Made by a program: the position numbers and the translations under genes
The notes under the pieces: model-generated
What the model saw: only the letters and a program-made list of their open reading frames with translations
The model's database searches: none
Told to the model about the DNA's origin: nothing
DNA from: Octopus sinensis
Lineage: Eukaryota
Reading direction: 5' to 3'
Assembly: GCF_006345805.1 (NCBI RefSeq)
Contig: NC_043002.1
Location: forward strand, 39,556,001-39,620,000
DNA: 64,000 nucleotides
Shown here: piece after piece, positions 13,576-25,790 of the stretch
How the letters are laid out: each line of letters opens with the position of its first letter
How positions within the stretch are numbered: position 1 is the first letter of the stretch

Positions 13576-13898
13576 GTGAAGGTGCATGACTCAGTGGTTA
13601 GAGCATTGGACTCACAATCATGAGGTAGTGAGTTCGATTCCTGGACCAGACAGTGTGTTGTGTTTTTGAGCAAGACATTTTTTATTTCATGTTGTGATGT
13701 CACTGGTGCCCAGCTGTATCAGCCTTTGCCTTTGCCTTTCCCTTGGATAACATCGGTGTTGTGGAGAGAGGAGACTGATGTGCATTGCTGACTGTTGGTC
13801 TTCATAAATGACCTTGCCCAGACTTGTGCCTCAGAGGGTAACTTTCTAGATGCAATCTCATGATCATTCATGACTAAAGGGGGTATCTTTACCCTTTA
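13576..13898 (+). mobile_element. tRNA-derived CORE-like SINE (family E)
   Basis: A box TGACTCAGTGG, B box AGTTCGATTCC, then TTGAGCAAGAC; related heads at 27465-27717 and 41407-41728. Confidence 0.8.
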
Positions 13899-13929
13899 TT
13901 TACAAAGGTATGATACTGGGTTATGGCAA

Positions 13930-13950
13930 CAGATAGAGATAGATAAACAA

Positions 13951-13984
<34 letters not shown>

Positions 13985-14055
13985 AGATAGATAGATAGAT
14001 AGACAGAGATATAGCTAGATAGATAGAGATATAGCTTGATAGCTAGCTAGCTAGC

Positions 14056-14091
<36 letters not shown>

Positions 14092-14158
14092 CAGAGATAT
14101 AGATAGATAGATAGCTAGCTAGATAGATAGCTAGCTAGATAGATAGATAGACAGAGAT

Positions 14159-14217
<59 letters not shown>

Positions 14218-14276
14218 TAGATATAGATAGATAGATAGACAGATAGATAGATAGATAGATAGATAGAGATATAGAT

Positions 14277-14313
<37 letters not shown>

Positions 14314-14440
14314 GATAGATAGATAGAGATAGATAGATAGACAGACAGAGATATAGATAGATAGCTGGCTAGCTAGATAGACAGAGAGAGGGGGGAGAGT
14401 GAAAGACAGACAGAGACAGACAGACAGTCAGATGCACAGA
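13930..14440. repeat. Compound (GATA)n/(GATT)n/(GCTA)n microsatellite
   Basis: Direct reading. Confidence 0.95.
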
Positions 14441-14774
14441 CAGACAGAGAAAGAGTGATACAGGGGAATAGAATATGATACATAGCTGTAATACAGTTGT
14501 GTGATATTATATAACCGAATGGCAGCTGATATAAGCATAGCAGCTGATACAATATGGTGTCTGAGACAACAAGGCAGAAGATACAGAGGGATAATGCTGA
14601 GTGGATGCTTGCTAGCTGATACAAATATGTGATACAGTTGTAGTTGTTGTTGTTTTAGCCCTAAGTCAGTCCAGTTTGGGACAGACTTATGATCAAAGAC
14701 ATTCCAGTCACAACTATCCCATCTTTGTTGAAGCTTCAATGAAGCTTATCTAATAAAAATCAGTTTTTTCCTGT

Positions 14775-15117
14775 TCTTAGTCATTGGACTGTTGCCATGC
14801 TGGAGCACTGCCTTGAAGAATTTTAGTTAAATGGATCGACCCCAGTACTTATTTTTTAAGCCAAGTATGTATTCTATCGATCTCTTTTTCTGAACTGTTA
14901 AGTCACAGGGATGTAAACAAGACAATATCAGTTGTTTAGTAGTGGTGAGATGACAAACACACACACACACACACACACACGCAATGAGCATCCACACAGT
15001 TTCCATCTACCAAATTTACTTACCATAGAGAATATTTGCCCAAAGAGCCACATAGTGGGACTGAACTTGAAACCACATGGTTGTAGGGCAAACTTCTTAA
15101 CTACACAGCCATGCCTG
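14775..15117 (-). mobile_element. Diverged SINE family B
   Basis: Tail, (CA)n and head all recognisable. Confidence 0.8.
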
Positions 15118-15235
15118 CTCTTATTCAGAACTATATTATCCTCCATACACATATCTCCTTCCTTTTTTTAAGATGATAGCATGTAAGTTAAAAGAAACTT
15201 AGCTGCTATTTCTTACTGCGTATTATGTCATGGTA

Positions 15236-15935
15236 AAGGGCAGTGAGTTAGCAGGATTGTAAGCACGCTGAGAAAAATACTTAGTGGCATTTTGTCCATC
15301 TTTACATCCTGAGTTCAGATTCCACCAAGGTTGACTTTGCCGTTCATTTTTTCAGGGTTGATAAAATAAGTACCTACTGAACTCTGGGATTGATGTAATC
15401 CCTGAAATTGCTCACCTTGTGCCAAAATTTGAAACCAGTATTGTGTCATGGTAAGGTAGCAAGCTGGTACTGACATTACCATGTGAGAAAAATATTAGGC
15501 AGCATTTCTTCTGACTTTGTTCTATGTTCAAATACCAATGCAGTTGACTTTACCTTTCATTATTTTGAGCTTACTAAAAATGTACCAGTTATACACTGGA
15601 GTCAATATAATTGATTTAGCCCCTTCCCTAAAACTGTTGGCCTTGTGCCAAAATTTGAAGCCAATGTAACCAGCTTATCCCTCTTCCAACATTGCTGGCC
15701 TTGTGTCAAGATTTGGTACCAATATTGTATCATGGTAGGTGGCAAGCTGGCAGAATCGCTAGCATTCCGGGCAAAATGCTTAGCAGCATTTGTCCATCAA
15801 ATTCTAGCCAGGGTCGACTTTGCCTTTCATCCTTTTGGGGTTGATGAAATAAGTACCAGTTGAGCACTAGGGTCGATGTAACCGACTAGCCCCTTCTCCC
15901 AAAATTTCATGCCTGGTGCCTATTGCAGAAAGGAA
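15236..15935 (+). mobile_element. Three diverged SINE family A copies in tandem
   Basis: Heads near 15240, 15458 and 15740, each with the TTGACTTT.CC.TTCAT central domain, separated by the same 15-bp spacer. Confidence 0.8.
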
Positions 15936-17317
15936 TATTGTGTCATGGTAGCTAATAATACAAACATAGCAACTGAAACAGAAGAATGGCAGCTAAATAG
16001 TGTTGTATGTAGCAGCCATGGAAAGAAAGGAGAAAAAAATAAATAGGTGAATGGTTTAGGCACCAAAGAATTTCAACCTTACCACAGCTACCATCCTGTT
16101 GTGTATTTAAATGTTCAACTTGGGTATAGAAGAAGGATTGTTAATAATACAGAGGGTTGGATAATAATCTCACCAACTTTTTTTGCTTTATCACTGTTTT
16201 TACATTACTTTTTCCATGCAAGTAAACCTAAGATAGTATTATGTATATTTGGAGTTTTCCATATTGCAAAAGGCATTCTTAATGTGGTGTGTGTGTGTGT
16301 GTGCTTGTGCGTACATGCATGTGTATGTGTGTGTGTCCTGTGTGTATTCAACAATAAGCATTCATCCATGAAATAAGATATTTCTAAAGTAGAAATGTGT
16401 TTATATTTCATTTCCCATTAACCCCCTTGCCTATAATTTAAGGTCTGATGCCTGTCAAAAATAAATATAATTATTTCTCTTTAGAAGAGAAATGGGATGA
16501 TTCCTCTGTATGATTTTTTTTATATTCCAGATAAAAGCAATTTCATTTCACTTATGAAGCTAATAGGTTTGGGAAATGCATGTATGTCATACACTTCATT
16601 TCTCTCCATCTTCCCACCAACTCCCTAAATGCAACACTTTGGGAAAGAAATCAATTGTACAGTATTTATAGTTTTGGGCTTTGCATTTTCATTTTTGTAA
16701 TTTTTCACCCCCACTAAAGTAGCAGAGTAGTATCCATAGACTTTATAAGACTTCTTTGACTGTGGAATAGTTAGAGTTAAATCATCATCATCATCATTTA
16801 ACGTCGGTTTTCCATGCTGGCATGGGTTGGACAGTTTGACAGGACATGGCAAGGCCAGGGACTGTGCCAGGTTTCATTGCCTGTTTTGGTTTGGTTTCTA
16901 CAGCTGAATGCCCTTCCTAACACCAACCATTTTATAGAGTATTGATGAGTGAAGATGTATCTATCAGACATGTGGCTTTATTTCTTTCCTTTCTTTTACC
17001 CCTTCCAGATATGCAATCAGTAAACTAGTGTAGGATTTACTTGGTCCTAGGTTTGTGACCAAAGAATTTCCTGGTTCTCAGAATGAATATTAATCTTTAT
17101 GCAGTGGTGTAACTAGGTTGGGGGAAGGCTTTGAATTTGTCATGAGGTTGCTTGCTCACCAATAGTGATTGCTTGTTGAGGTGTGTTGTATTGTAGAAGA
17201 CCATTGTCATGTGGTCTATCTGACTGCATTTATAATAAATGAAGCAAACTTACGAACTTTTAACATATTTACTGATGGACATGAATAAGTGAGTTGGCTA
17301 GCTAGAAAAAGAAATGC

Positions 17318-17729
17318 GGCGAGCTGGCAGAAACGTTAGCATGCCAGGCGAAATACTTAGCGGTATTTCGTCTGCCGTTATGTTCTGAGTTCAAATTCCA
17401 CCGAGGTTGATTTTGCCTTTCATCCTTTCGGGGTCGATAAATTAAGGACCAGTTACGCACTGGGGTCGATATAATTGACTTAAACCGTCTGTCTGTCCTT
17501 GTTTGTCCTCTCTGTGTTTAGCCCCTTGTGGGTTTTAAAGAAATAGGTATTTTGTCTGTCTTTACGTTCTGAGTTCAAATTCCGCCGGGGTCGACTTCGC
17601 CTTTCATCCTTTTAGGGTCGATAAATTAAGTACCAATTATGCACTGGGGTCGATGTAATCGACTTAATCCGTTTGTCTGTCCTTGTTTGTCCCCTCTATG
17701 TTTAGCCCCTTGTGGGCAATAAAGAAATA
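17318..17729 (+). mobile_element. SINE family A plus an adjacent 5'-truncated second copy
   Basis: 17318-17545 full length; 17546-17729 repeats the body and tail. Confidence 0.9.
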
Positions 17730-17742
17730 AGAAAAAGAAAGA

Positions 17743-18205
17743 TCATCATCATCATCATCGTCATTTAGCGTCTGCTTTCCATGCTAGCATGGGTTGGACG
17801 GTTCAACTGGGGTCTGTGAAGCCAGAAGGTTGCATCAGGCCAGTCTGATCTGGCAGTGTTTCTATGGCTGGATGCCCTTCCTAACGCCAACCACTCCGTG
17901 AGTGTAGTGGGTGCTTTTTACGTGCCACCCACACAGGTGCCAGACGGAGCTGGCAAACGGCCACGGACGGATGGTGATTTTTACATGCCACCGGCATGGG
18001 GGCCAGGCGAGGCTGGCAATGGCCACGAACGGATGGTGCTTTTACGTGCCACCGGCACGGGGGCCAGGCGAGGCTGGCAATGGCCACGAATGGATGGTGC
18101 TATGTGCCACCGGCACGGGGGCCAGGCGAGGCTGGCAACGGCCACGAACGGTTGGTGCTTTTTACGTGCCACCGGCACGGAGGCCAGTCGGGGCGGCGCT
18201 GGCAA
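17743..18205 (-). mobile_element. RTE-type LINE 3' UTR fragment (family C) with internal ~61-bp tandem repeats
   Basis: Minus strand ends TTAGGAAGGGCATCCAG...GACGCTAAATGACGATGATG; the same UTR follows RTE ORF2 ends at 47335-47548 and 59400-59485. Confidence 0.8.
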
Positions 18206-21149
18206 GATGTAGATATAATATTTTACAGGAGGAGGAGAGAACTATGCCATGTGTCAGCTGGCTGTGGTACATCATGTGTGAGTGTCCAAAGTTGTCTCTT
18301 GCTCAACATGGTCTACCTGGGTGCCTGAGATCATCTACCTGAGTGCCTACAGTGGTCTGCCTGAATGCTCTGCCTCCACAGTGTGTCTCTGCAATCTGCC
18401 TAATGAGTTAGGTACCAAATAGTTTTTACAGGGTAAAAAGGGGTACATAGCAGACTTGAAAGTACTACCCCTGTAAAAATGCTATCCAGGGCAGACCACC
18501 TCCATTGCTCTCCTTCCCAGATAAAATTGTTTCATTAATTACTTTATCAATTTAGTATATTTGTTATCAGCATACCAACAATCATCAGAGACAAGGCCAA
18601 ACAGCAGCTAGAAGTTCCTAAGTTCTTCAGTATGTTTTAGTAATTACAGTTAAGGCCATATGTAGTGATTTTAGCCATGTGTTAATCAGAATCAATGTGG
18701 GTGTGATGATGTGTTAAGGGTACCACATTTTGAGATGTGCAGTGACTGTGTTTTGAAATTTTTTAAAGGAAACTAGCTTATCATTTCTTCAGTTCATAGA
18801 ATTTTCAAGGTTTCTCTTCATTCAGATTAGAATTACTGGGACACTGGAAGTTGCATGACTTTTATTAAGAGTCAAAGACACAGGAAGGTCTCAGTGATAG
18901 GAGAGAAATCATTGATCCAGTCTGTCAGTAGGTCAACACTTTATACACTTTACCAGAAACAAATAGCTCCCTCTCCATCTTCTCTCTTTCTCCCCCTCTC
19001 TTTCACATGCACACATATACACATACACTACACAAACACACACACACAAATGCACATACACGCACACACAAATGCACAAATATTATCATCATCATCATCA
19101 TCCTGAAATTCACTTTCCCATGTCTGAATTTGTTGGGGTAGACTTTCAACAGCTGGATGCCTTTCCTGTTGCCAACTTTCACATGTTTTCAACCAGGTAG
19201 TGTTTGTGTGTGTGTGTGTTTGCATGCGTGTGTGTGTGTGTGTGCGTGCATGCATGCGTGCGTGTGTGTGTGTGCATGCACATATCCACACATACATTTA
19301 CTCGAAAAAACTTGAACTATATTCAAAGACCGTTAATCAAATACCATTTAAAATTGCTCAGGACTCTAGGCCAGAAGTTTCATTAAAGTGCAATGATTCT
19401 CAGTTAAAGGAATGTTATTTCTAAGCTTGTATCCATTATGTACAGTAGTTCACAGGAGAACAGGAAATGAAATGGAATTAATTTTTACCCGTAAGTTGAA
19501 GAAACAATATTCTCAACAAATCTTAAAGTAAACAGTTAAGCTGTACATTAATAATTTTCCTTATAAAAATAACTGTAACTGCTTTAGCATTCTAAAGTGC
19601 TTGACTTCTTGGATAAGAAGCTGATAAATAACCTAGCCATATTATATGATATATGCATTACTTCATTATTTTACACCTGCTTTTCATACTGGCTTGAGTT
19701 AGACAGTTTGACAGGATCTAACATGTGAGAGGACTGTGTTATACTTTAATGTTTCAGATTTGGCATGGTTTCTACTGTTGGATGCCTTCCGAATGCCAAT
19801 CACTTTACAGAGTATACTGGGTGCTTTTATGTAGCACTAGCACTAGAAAGGCTGTCTTGCAACTTGCAAAATCAAAGAGCCTAAAGAGCTCAGGTGTACA
19901 CCACTAATTTTTATCAGTAGTCTTATTAGAATCAGTGTTAAACAATCAAACACTTGATTATTAGTTGCATAACCCAAAACAAAGACACCAACATTCATTT
20001 GTTTCAACATGCCATATTGCAATATCAAAGTACACCAATCAGGGAGTCAAAGGTCAAAGCTCTCAGCAGTAATATGTATTTTTGGTCTACCAGTATGAGA
20101 TCTCATTCCAATACCACCAGACAAATATCATTTATATAACTCTAAGCAAGAAATTCTATAATTGCTCTCTGTAACTGACACATGAAAGATGCTGAGCAAT
20201 GGGCAGAGCACACTTGATTTCTACTACTTTCAGTTGGTGATAAGATACAATTTGGAAACAAGTTAGACTCCATCCTCCCAAATAGAACAAAACAGGGCAG
20301 GTAATCAAAATACAACACCATGACCTAAATATAATTAAAGTAGATGGTTTATGTAGTGTTACCATATAAACAGATTTCTGAGGAAATATTGTGACCACAC
20401 AGCTCTCATTAATTGATTATCACTTCTTACAAACATTGAACATTGATAACACAAGACACTAATCAATTCACCCAGACATACACTAGTAAATGTAAATTTG
20501 AGTCATGGCAGATGCCTAATGAGCCAGCTGAACTAACACGAGTATGGACAAATGCATCAAATCAATACACCAGCCGATAACAAAGCTTTTAATACCACAA
20601 ATTTAAGATTCATAAATCTTAAAACTACCTTAACACATGCAAGCTGTTATTCAAAAGTTTCCAGAGCCTCAATGTAAACTGGAGAAGTTAAATCAAATAT
20701 TAAATCACCAAGACCTATGAGAGCAGATGATAAGTCAGTTCATTAGTTTTAGTGTTTCAGGTTTGGAAAAGCCAAAGGACCTATGAATATCTGACAGCAC
20801 CCTACCTGGAAAAAAACAAAAAAGGAACTCCTTCCATTTTATTATTTTACAAAGCTAACAAACATATAAGTCTTTGGTATTCTTCAACTTTTTACTGGGG
20901 TCTGGCTGTTTTACTTGTAAAATGAATGAATTATTCACTCCTATGAAGGGATGAGAGACAGAGCTGGATCAAGACTCATAGAGACCTGAAGCACTTACAA
21001 AGATTTTGGTGCTTTCATATATATGTAATTCAAGATGTAAATAATAATCAACCATAAAATAATTTTTTATTTTTCAAAATGAAGCAAAATTAACAGTAAG
21101 ATGGAAAATAATGTTTATTTTTGTATACTTCCACTTTATATTTGAAAAT

Positions 21150-21700
21150 TTTTTCCCTACTTTTTTGAATTGCAAAGTCTTTGATCATACGATCCTCACA
21201 ATGACACCATGAACACTTCAAAATTATATTTCTGATCATATAAACCGTTTTGAATATTGCTTTAGCTCCCCACTTTCCCTGATACCCTAGCACGTGTTTA
21301 TTTGCCTTAATCGTTAGTCCAATGCTGATGAATGATAATGTATTGTTAGCAACACTATCAATATCAATTTCTTTGGCACTGCTTGACTCCATTACATAAT
21401 CTTCCTAAATCAGCAAGTCAAGTTTGAGATATGGTAGACATTAAAAAGTGTTTAATATTTGTGATTTTGCCTAAAGGAGCTTTCTATTGATGCCACTGCA
21501 ACTGAGATTGCTAAATACATTCTTAAACTAATACAAACATCTGGAAATATCACAGAAAATTTGTAGACATTCGATGAATTTATAAAATTCTAAAAGTTTC
21601 AGTTCTGGTTTTCCAAAATTTGCTTTGTGTTCTGACAATAAACATCACGTTTCTGACGCAAAAATCTTCATCATTAACATAAAGTATTGAATAACTTCCT
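21150..21700 (-). pseudogene. hAT transposase relic, C-terminal dimerization domain
   Basis: Frameshifted minus-strand translation reads IFCDI.PDVCISLRMYLAISVAVASIE.SF..., then MSTISQT.LADLG...MESSSAKEIDIDSV...IKDFAIQKSR, matching the FPN...LRI.LT.PVTVAS.ERSFS.LK..LRSTMSQ.RL pattern. Confidence 0.75.
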
Positions 21701-21793
21701 TTCAATTGTAAGATTACTTGTTCCTTATTTTTCACTTAACCAATAATAATAATAATAATAATGATAATAATAATAATAATAATAATAATCTAG

Positions 21794-22219
21794 GGATCTT
21801 TTCGGTTTGAATGGCAGTTTTTTTCTAGCGGTGTCATATGAAATTGTCACCCATAGTCATGACCCTAGTATCGATCTATTGCATTTCAATCTATTTTAGG
21901 GTCAGGGTTAGTTAGGGTTAGGGGTAGGGGAAGGGCATCTTTTTTTTCTTCACAAATGTAAATGAATCCAATCTGTTTCTTAAACAAGGGACGTATTCAT
22001 ACGGCACAGAAAGTTGTTTACCTCAATGGACGTCAGTGATTGGTTGAAATTGCAGAAATTGAAGAAAAAACAACAAATATCTTACAAACTATAGAATTTT
22101 CTCAATAAAGCAAAGAGAAAAAGATGTTTTATAAATACATTCTACCAGTATACGAAGTTTAAAAGTGTTTAGTTACGTGAAAATTATGTTAAAAACTGCC
22201 GTTCAAACCGAAAAGATCC
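21794..22219. mobile_element. Non-autonomous DNA transposon with 28-bp TIRs, 8-bp TSD and internal TTAGGG-like repeats (Merlin-like, superfamily tentative)
   Basis: GGATCTTTTCGGTTTGAATGGCAGTTTT and AAAACTGCCGTTCAAACCGAAAAGATCC; TSD TAATCTAG at 21786-21793 and 22220-22227. Confidence 0.85.
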
Positions 22220-22254
22220 TAATCTAGTTTCTGGGTCGTTATAACAACAAAATA

Positions 22255-22265
22255 TGGTGTCAGAA
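22255..22265 (+). other. Primer-binding site relic (tRNA-Leu CAA)
   Basis: TGGTGTCAGAA is complementary to the tRNA-Leu(CAA) 3' end UUCUGACACCA and lies upstream of gag. Confidence 0.65.
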
Positions 22266-22438
22266 TATGGTAATCTCCAGCTACGAAAGAAAGAAGACAC
22301 ACTCAGAGATAAATAGTTATTCTCTCTTTCAATTTTATTTGTTTTGCTGAATTTAATTTATGTGCTCATAAAGTGCGCGGGCAAATCGTTTGAAAGTAAA
22401 GTATCCTGACATAATCTACCAGATACAATCGGTCTAAA

Positions 22439-22674
22439 TAATATTTCTTTACTACCCACAAGGGACTAAACACAGAGGGGACAAACAAGGACAGACAAAC
22501 AGATTAAGTCGATTCCATCGACCCCAGTGCGTAACTGGTACTTAATTTATCGACCCCGAAAGGATGAAAGGCAAAGTCGACCTCGGCGGAATTTGAACTC
22601 AGAACGCAGCGGCGGACGAAATACCCCTAAGCAGTTTGCCCGGCGTGCGAACGTTTCTGCCAGCTCGCCGCCTT
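22439..22674 (-). mobile_element. Young SINE family A inserted in the Gypsy leader
   Basis: 13-bp TSD CAATCGGTCTAAA at 22426-22438 and 22675-22687; CpGs intact. Confidence 0.92.
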
Positions 22675-22799
22675 CAATCGGTCTAAACAATGTGAGTTTG
22701 AAACCGCGAATAAATCACGCACTTTGAAAGAAATATAGATGAAAACTGATAGGTATGGGAGCATTATGATTCATATGCGCTAACTGCAGGAGTCAGAGA

Positions 22800-23200
22800 A
22801 AATTAAGGAAATGTGCAGGATGCAACTTATCTCCGCATTGCCGGGTTCCAAGTACAATAGGTATTCAACTAATTTGAGTTTGAAAGCCAAGACGATAAAA
22901 ACAAGATTACCGCTGTTAAAACGAAATTCCAAGATTACTGTCGCCCTTAAATAAACATCACATATCTCTGCAATCATTATTTAGCAGAAATCAGTTACTA
23001 TCGGAGAAATTCGATTCATTTCAGACATTAAACTAAAAAATAAATGCTGTATATTTGGGAATTTACAGGGTGATATAATCAGAGATAAGAACGAATACGA
23101 AACAAAGATGCTCGAAAGTTACTGCTTCAGGATAAAAAAAGGATAAATTCAGAGCTTATTAAAATAAGCACTACACTGGTGAAAGGCATCACAGAAGACC
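22800..23200 (+). pseudogene. Gypsy gag (capsid) relic
   Basis: FEFESQDDKNKITAVKTKFQDYCRP*INIT..., RNQLLSEKFDSF, KCCIFGNLQGDIIRDK match the gag pattern KF..YC.PRKN...F.R.Q..GE.FD.F...CEFG.L....IRD. Confidence 0.75.
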
Positions 23201-23879
23201 CTTAATTCTCAACCGTGACGCAAAACAAATATTATTGGTAAACGAGAAAAACAAATGCCCCCCCACCAAACAAAACTAAAAAAAAAATCAAGAAAAGATC
23301 AAAGAAAAAGCCTAAGAAATGATCGTGTTGCGAGAGGTTTGCTTGTCGCTTGAGTTGGGTTGCGGAGAATGTGTCGTTGCTGGACATTTCATTGTAAGGG
23401 GAAAGTAACGTTTAGCATAACTGAAGCAAACCCACGAACATTTAACTCTAATGTTTATTGCCGGATATAAATATATAAAAAGATATGTTAGCAAATTACA
23501 ATGAACGGTATTCATAAGTGCCACATGAGAGGAGAGGAAAAGCGCTCTGAAAATATAGAAATCTATCTGAGTTACAACATGCAGTCTGTCCAAAAACACA
23601 CGAAGTAATATGTACAAATCTCCGAGGCGGGCTGTCTGCCTGACAAGAGTGAAGGCGTGTAAGTCAGTCAGTCATCTTCAGCACTCGGCGACGAATTGAA
23701 CGCTCAAACGGATTTTATAGGGGACAAGAAGTCAAATTTTAGAGCCTTTATAAAAAAACATATCATGCCACAACCTCACGCTGATTGGACGGCTTATATA
23801 CCGATCGTGTGAAACTATGGTGGTTCACTCGTGGTATCTAATCGAGTATCTAGCGGTTAGGTTTCGAATCACCGCTACA

Positions 23880-24180
23880 ACCGTATCAATTCATATGGTA
23901 GATGTAAAGGTAGCCATCCATCTAAACAATGTCTTGCTTATGGCAAAAAATGTGCAAAATGCCGCAAGTAAAACCATTTTGCAAATGGTTCTAAACAATC
24001 GCAAGTTGTGTCAGAAATAACACAGGAAATCGATTCGTATTGATATTTATTCCTAGATATGTAAGAAATGCTATAACATCTGACTGGAGGCAACTCATTA
24101 CAGTAGAAGACAGACAAAGCGTTGACTTCAAACTTTATACTGCATCATAAGGAAATATTACTCCAAACAGCGCACTTTTA
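23880..24180 (+). pseudogene. Gypsy gag zinc knuckle and aspartic protease relics
   Basis: GRCKGSHPSKQCLAYGKKCAKCRK*NHFA (Cx2Cx4H-type) and VDFKLYTAS (decayed FKLDTGA). Confidence 0.8.
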
Positions 24181-24379
24181 CAGCGCTCGTTTTTCACAGG
24201 TCCATCACAGTCAACTAATCTCCGACTGAAAAGCAACAGTAAGCATAACAAAGTTATGAAATATATTTCAAGTCGTCGATCAGAAGCATCGTTTATCATG
24301 AGAAAAGATGCATGAGGCAAATTAGATTTATTAAAAAGACTTGAAGTAAACTCCGTGAACTCATTGCTAGATTACCCAA

Positions 24380-25790
24380 ATCTATATAAAGGTCTTGGAA
24401 AAATATCCGGTCTACACTCAGTTAAGTTAAAACCTGATGCTACGCCAGTCATAACTGCCACAAAGAATTCAATACGCTATTTGCGATCAAGTTCAGAGAA
24501 AGTTGAACTTTATCTCATGGATCATCTTAACACCATTGTCAACAGCGTGAGCTTATAGCATGGATCAACTCAATGATCACAGTACAAAAACACGACAGGA
24601 TAAGGATCTGCATTGATTCAAATGACCTCAACAAAGTTATTATGCGTAAACATCACCCAGCTATGATACATGAAAAAGTTGCTGCACAGATAGGAAATGC
24701 AACCTAATTCGCCAAACTAGATGCATGACACATTTACTGGCTTATGCAATTAGAAGAGGAAAGCTCAAAACTGTGAAATGAAATCTTTGTTTGGCAGATG
24801 TCGCTTCCTGCATTTACTATTTGGTTTGTGCTGCTCAGGAAAAGTAAAACGAGCTATGGAAATTAACTGTGAAGGAATTGATGTGGGGGTAGTTCCAACA
24901 AAGAACATGACAGGAGATTGAAACAAGTCAATAATCGTGTTAATCAAGCAAGACTTAAACTAAACCTTGACAATGCAGAAATCACCAAAGACGAAGTTAG
25001 ATATGGTGGTCATATATTTACTCGTCACTCACTCGCCAAACCTGGAGCGTTTGAGTGCAGTTGTTGAGATACCAGAACCCACAAACAAGCAACATATACA
25101 AGGAAGTGCTGAAAAATTCCTGGCTTTAAGGGTGTCGTGACAGGCCTCGTTGGAGGCCCAACCTTCCGAGTTCTTTTGTAGGTTTTAGGAAAAGTGAAGG
25201 GTCATTGCAATAAGTGAGTGAATCTGAGAGGGGGATATATTAGATAATATCATAATTAACTGATCTTCTTGTATTTTCTTTTACCCAAAGCCAGGAACTT
25301 TTCAGCACCCTTTCTACTTAGTTTTATAGGAATGGCCACGTATATTGCTGAATTTATTTCTAATTTATGTAACGTTTCAGCACCATTACATGAGCTTACT
25401 AAAGATAATAGAGAATTTGCATGGAATTATATTCACCGGAAGAGCTTTGATAAAGTAAAAGATCTGATAACAAACGCTCCAGTTCTAAAGTATTCCGATG
25501 CCAAGAAAACAAGCATACTTTCTGTAGACAGCTCAAAAGATGGTCTAGGAACATAATATTATGAGATAATCATTCTATCACCTATGCATCACGTACATTA
25601 ACGGTAATCCCCCCCCCCCCCAAAAAAAAACCCCAGCTACTCACAACTAGAGAAGGTACTGCTAGTCATAGTCTTTGGGTGTAGACAGTTCTACAAGTAT
25701 GTGTACATAAAGGCGGTATTGGTTGAAACTGATCAAAAACCATTAGTATAGATTTTCCGGAAGAATTTTTGTCTATTCGCACAACGAGTA
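24380..25790 (+). pseudogene. Gypsy reverse transcriptase and RNase H relics
   Basis: WINSMITVQKHDRIRICIDSNDLNKVIMRKHHP; FAKLDA; FGRCRFLHLLFGL; EHDRRLKQV; SFIGMATYIAEFISNL; LSVDSSKDGLG; TYASRTLT; YSQLEK; VETDQKPLV. The YxDD segment appears deleted. Confidence 0.9.
25099..25314. mobile_element. Tc1/mariner-type MITE inserted in the Gypsy pol
   Basis: TIRs GTGCTGAAAAATTCCTGGCTTT and AAAGCCAGGAACTTTTCAGCAC; TA duplication at both ends; removal restores EIPEPTNKQHILSFIGM in frame. Confidence 0.9.

Noticed and set aside
17856-18342. Overlapping 110-143-aa ORFs
   Set aside because: They arise from a GC-rich tandem repeat that lacks stops in several frames; frames shift between units.
21894-21930. 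True telomere or chromosome-fusion scar
   Set aside because: Only a few degenerate units, lying inside a TIR/TSD-bounded element.
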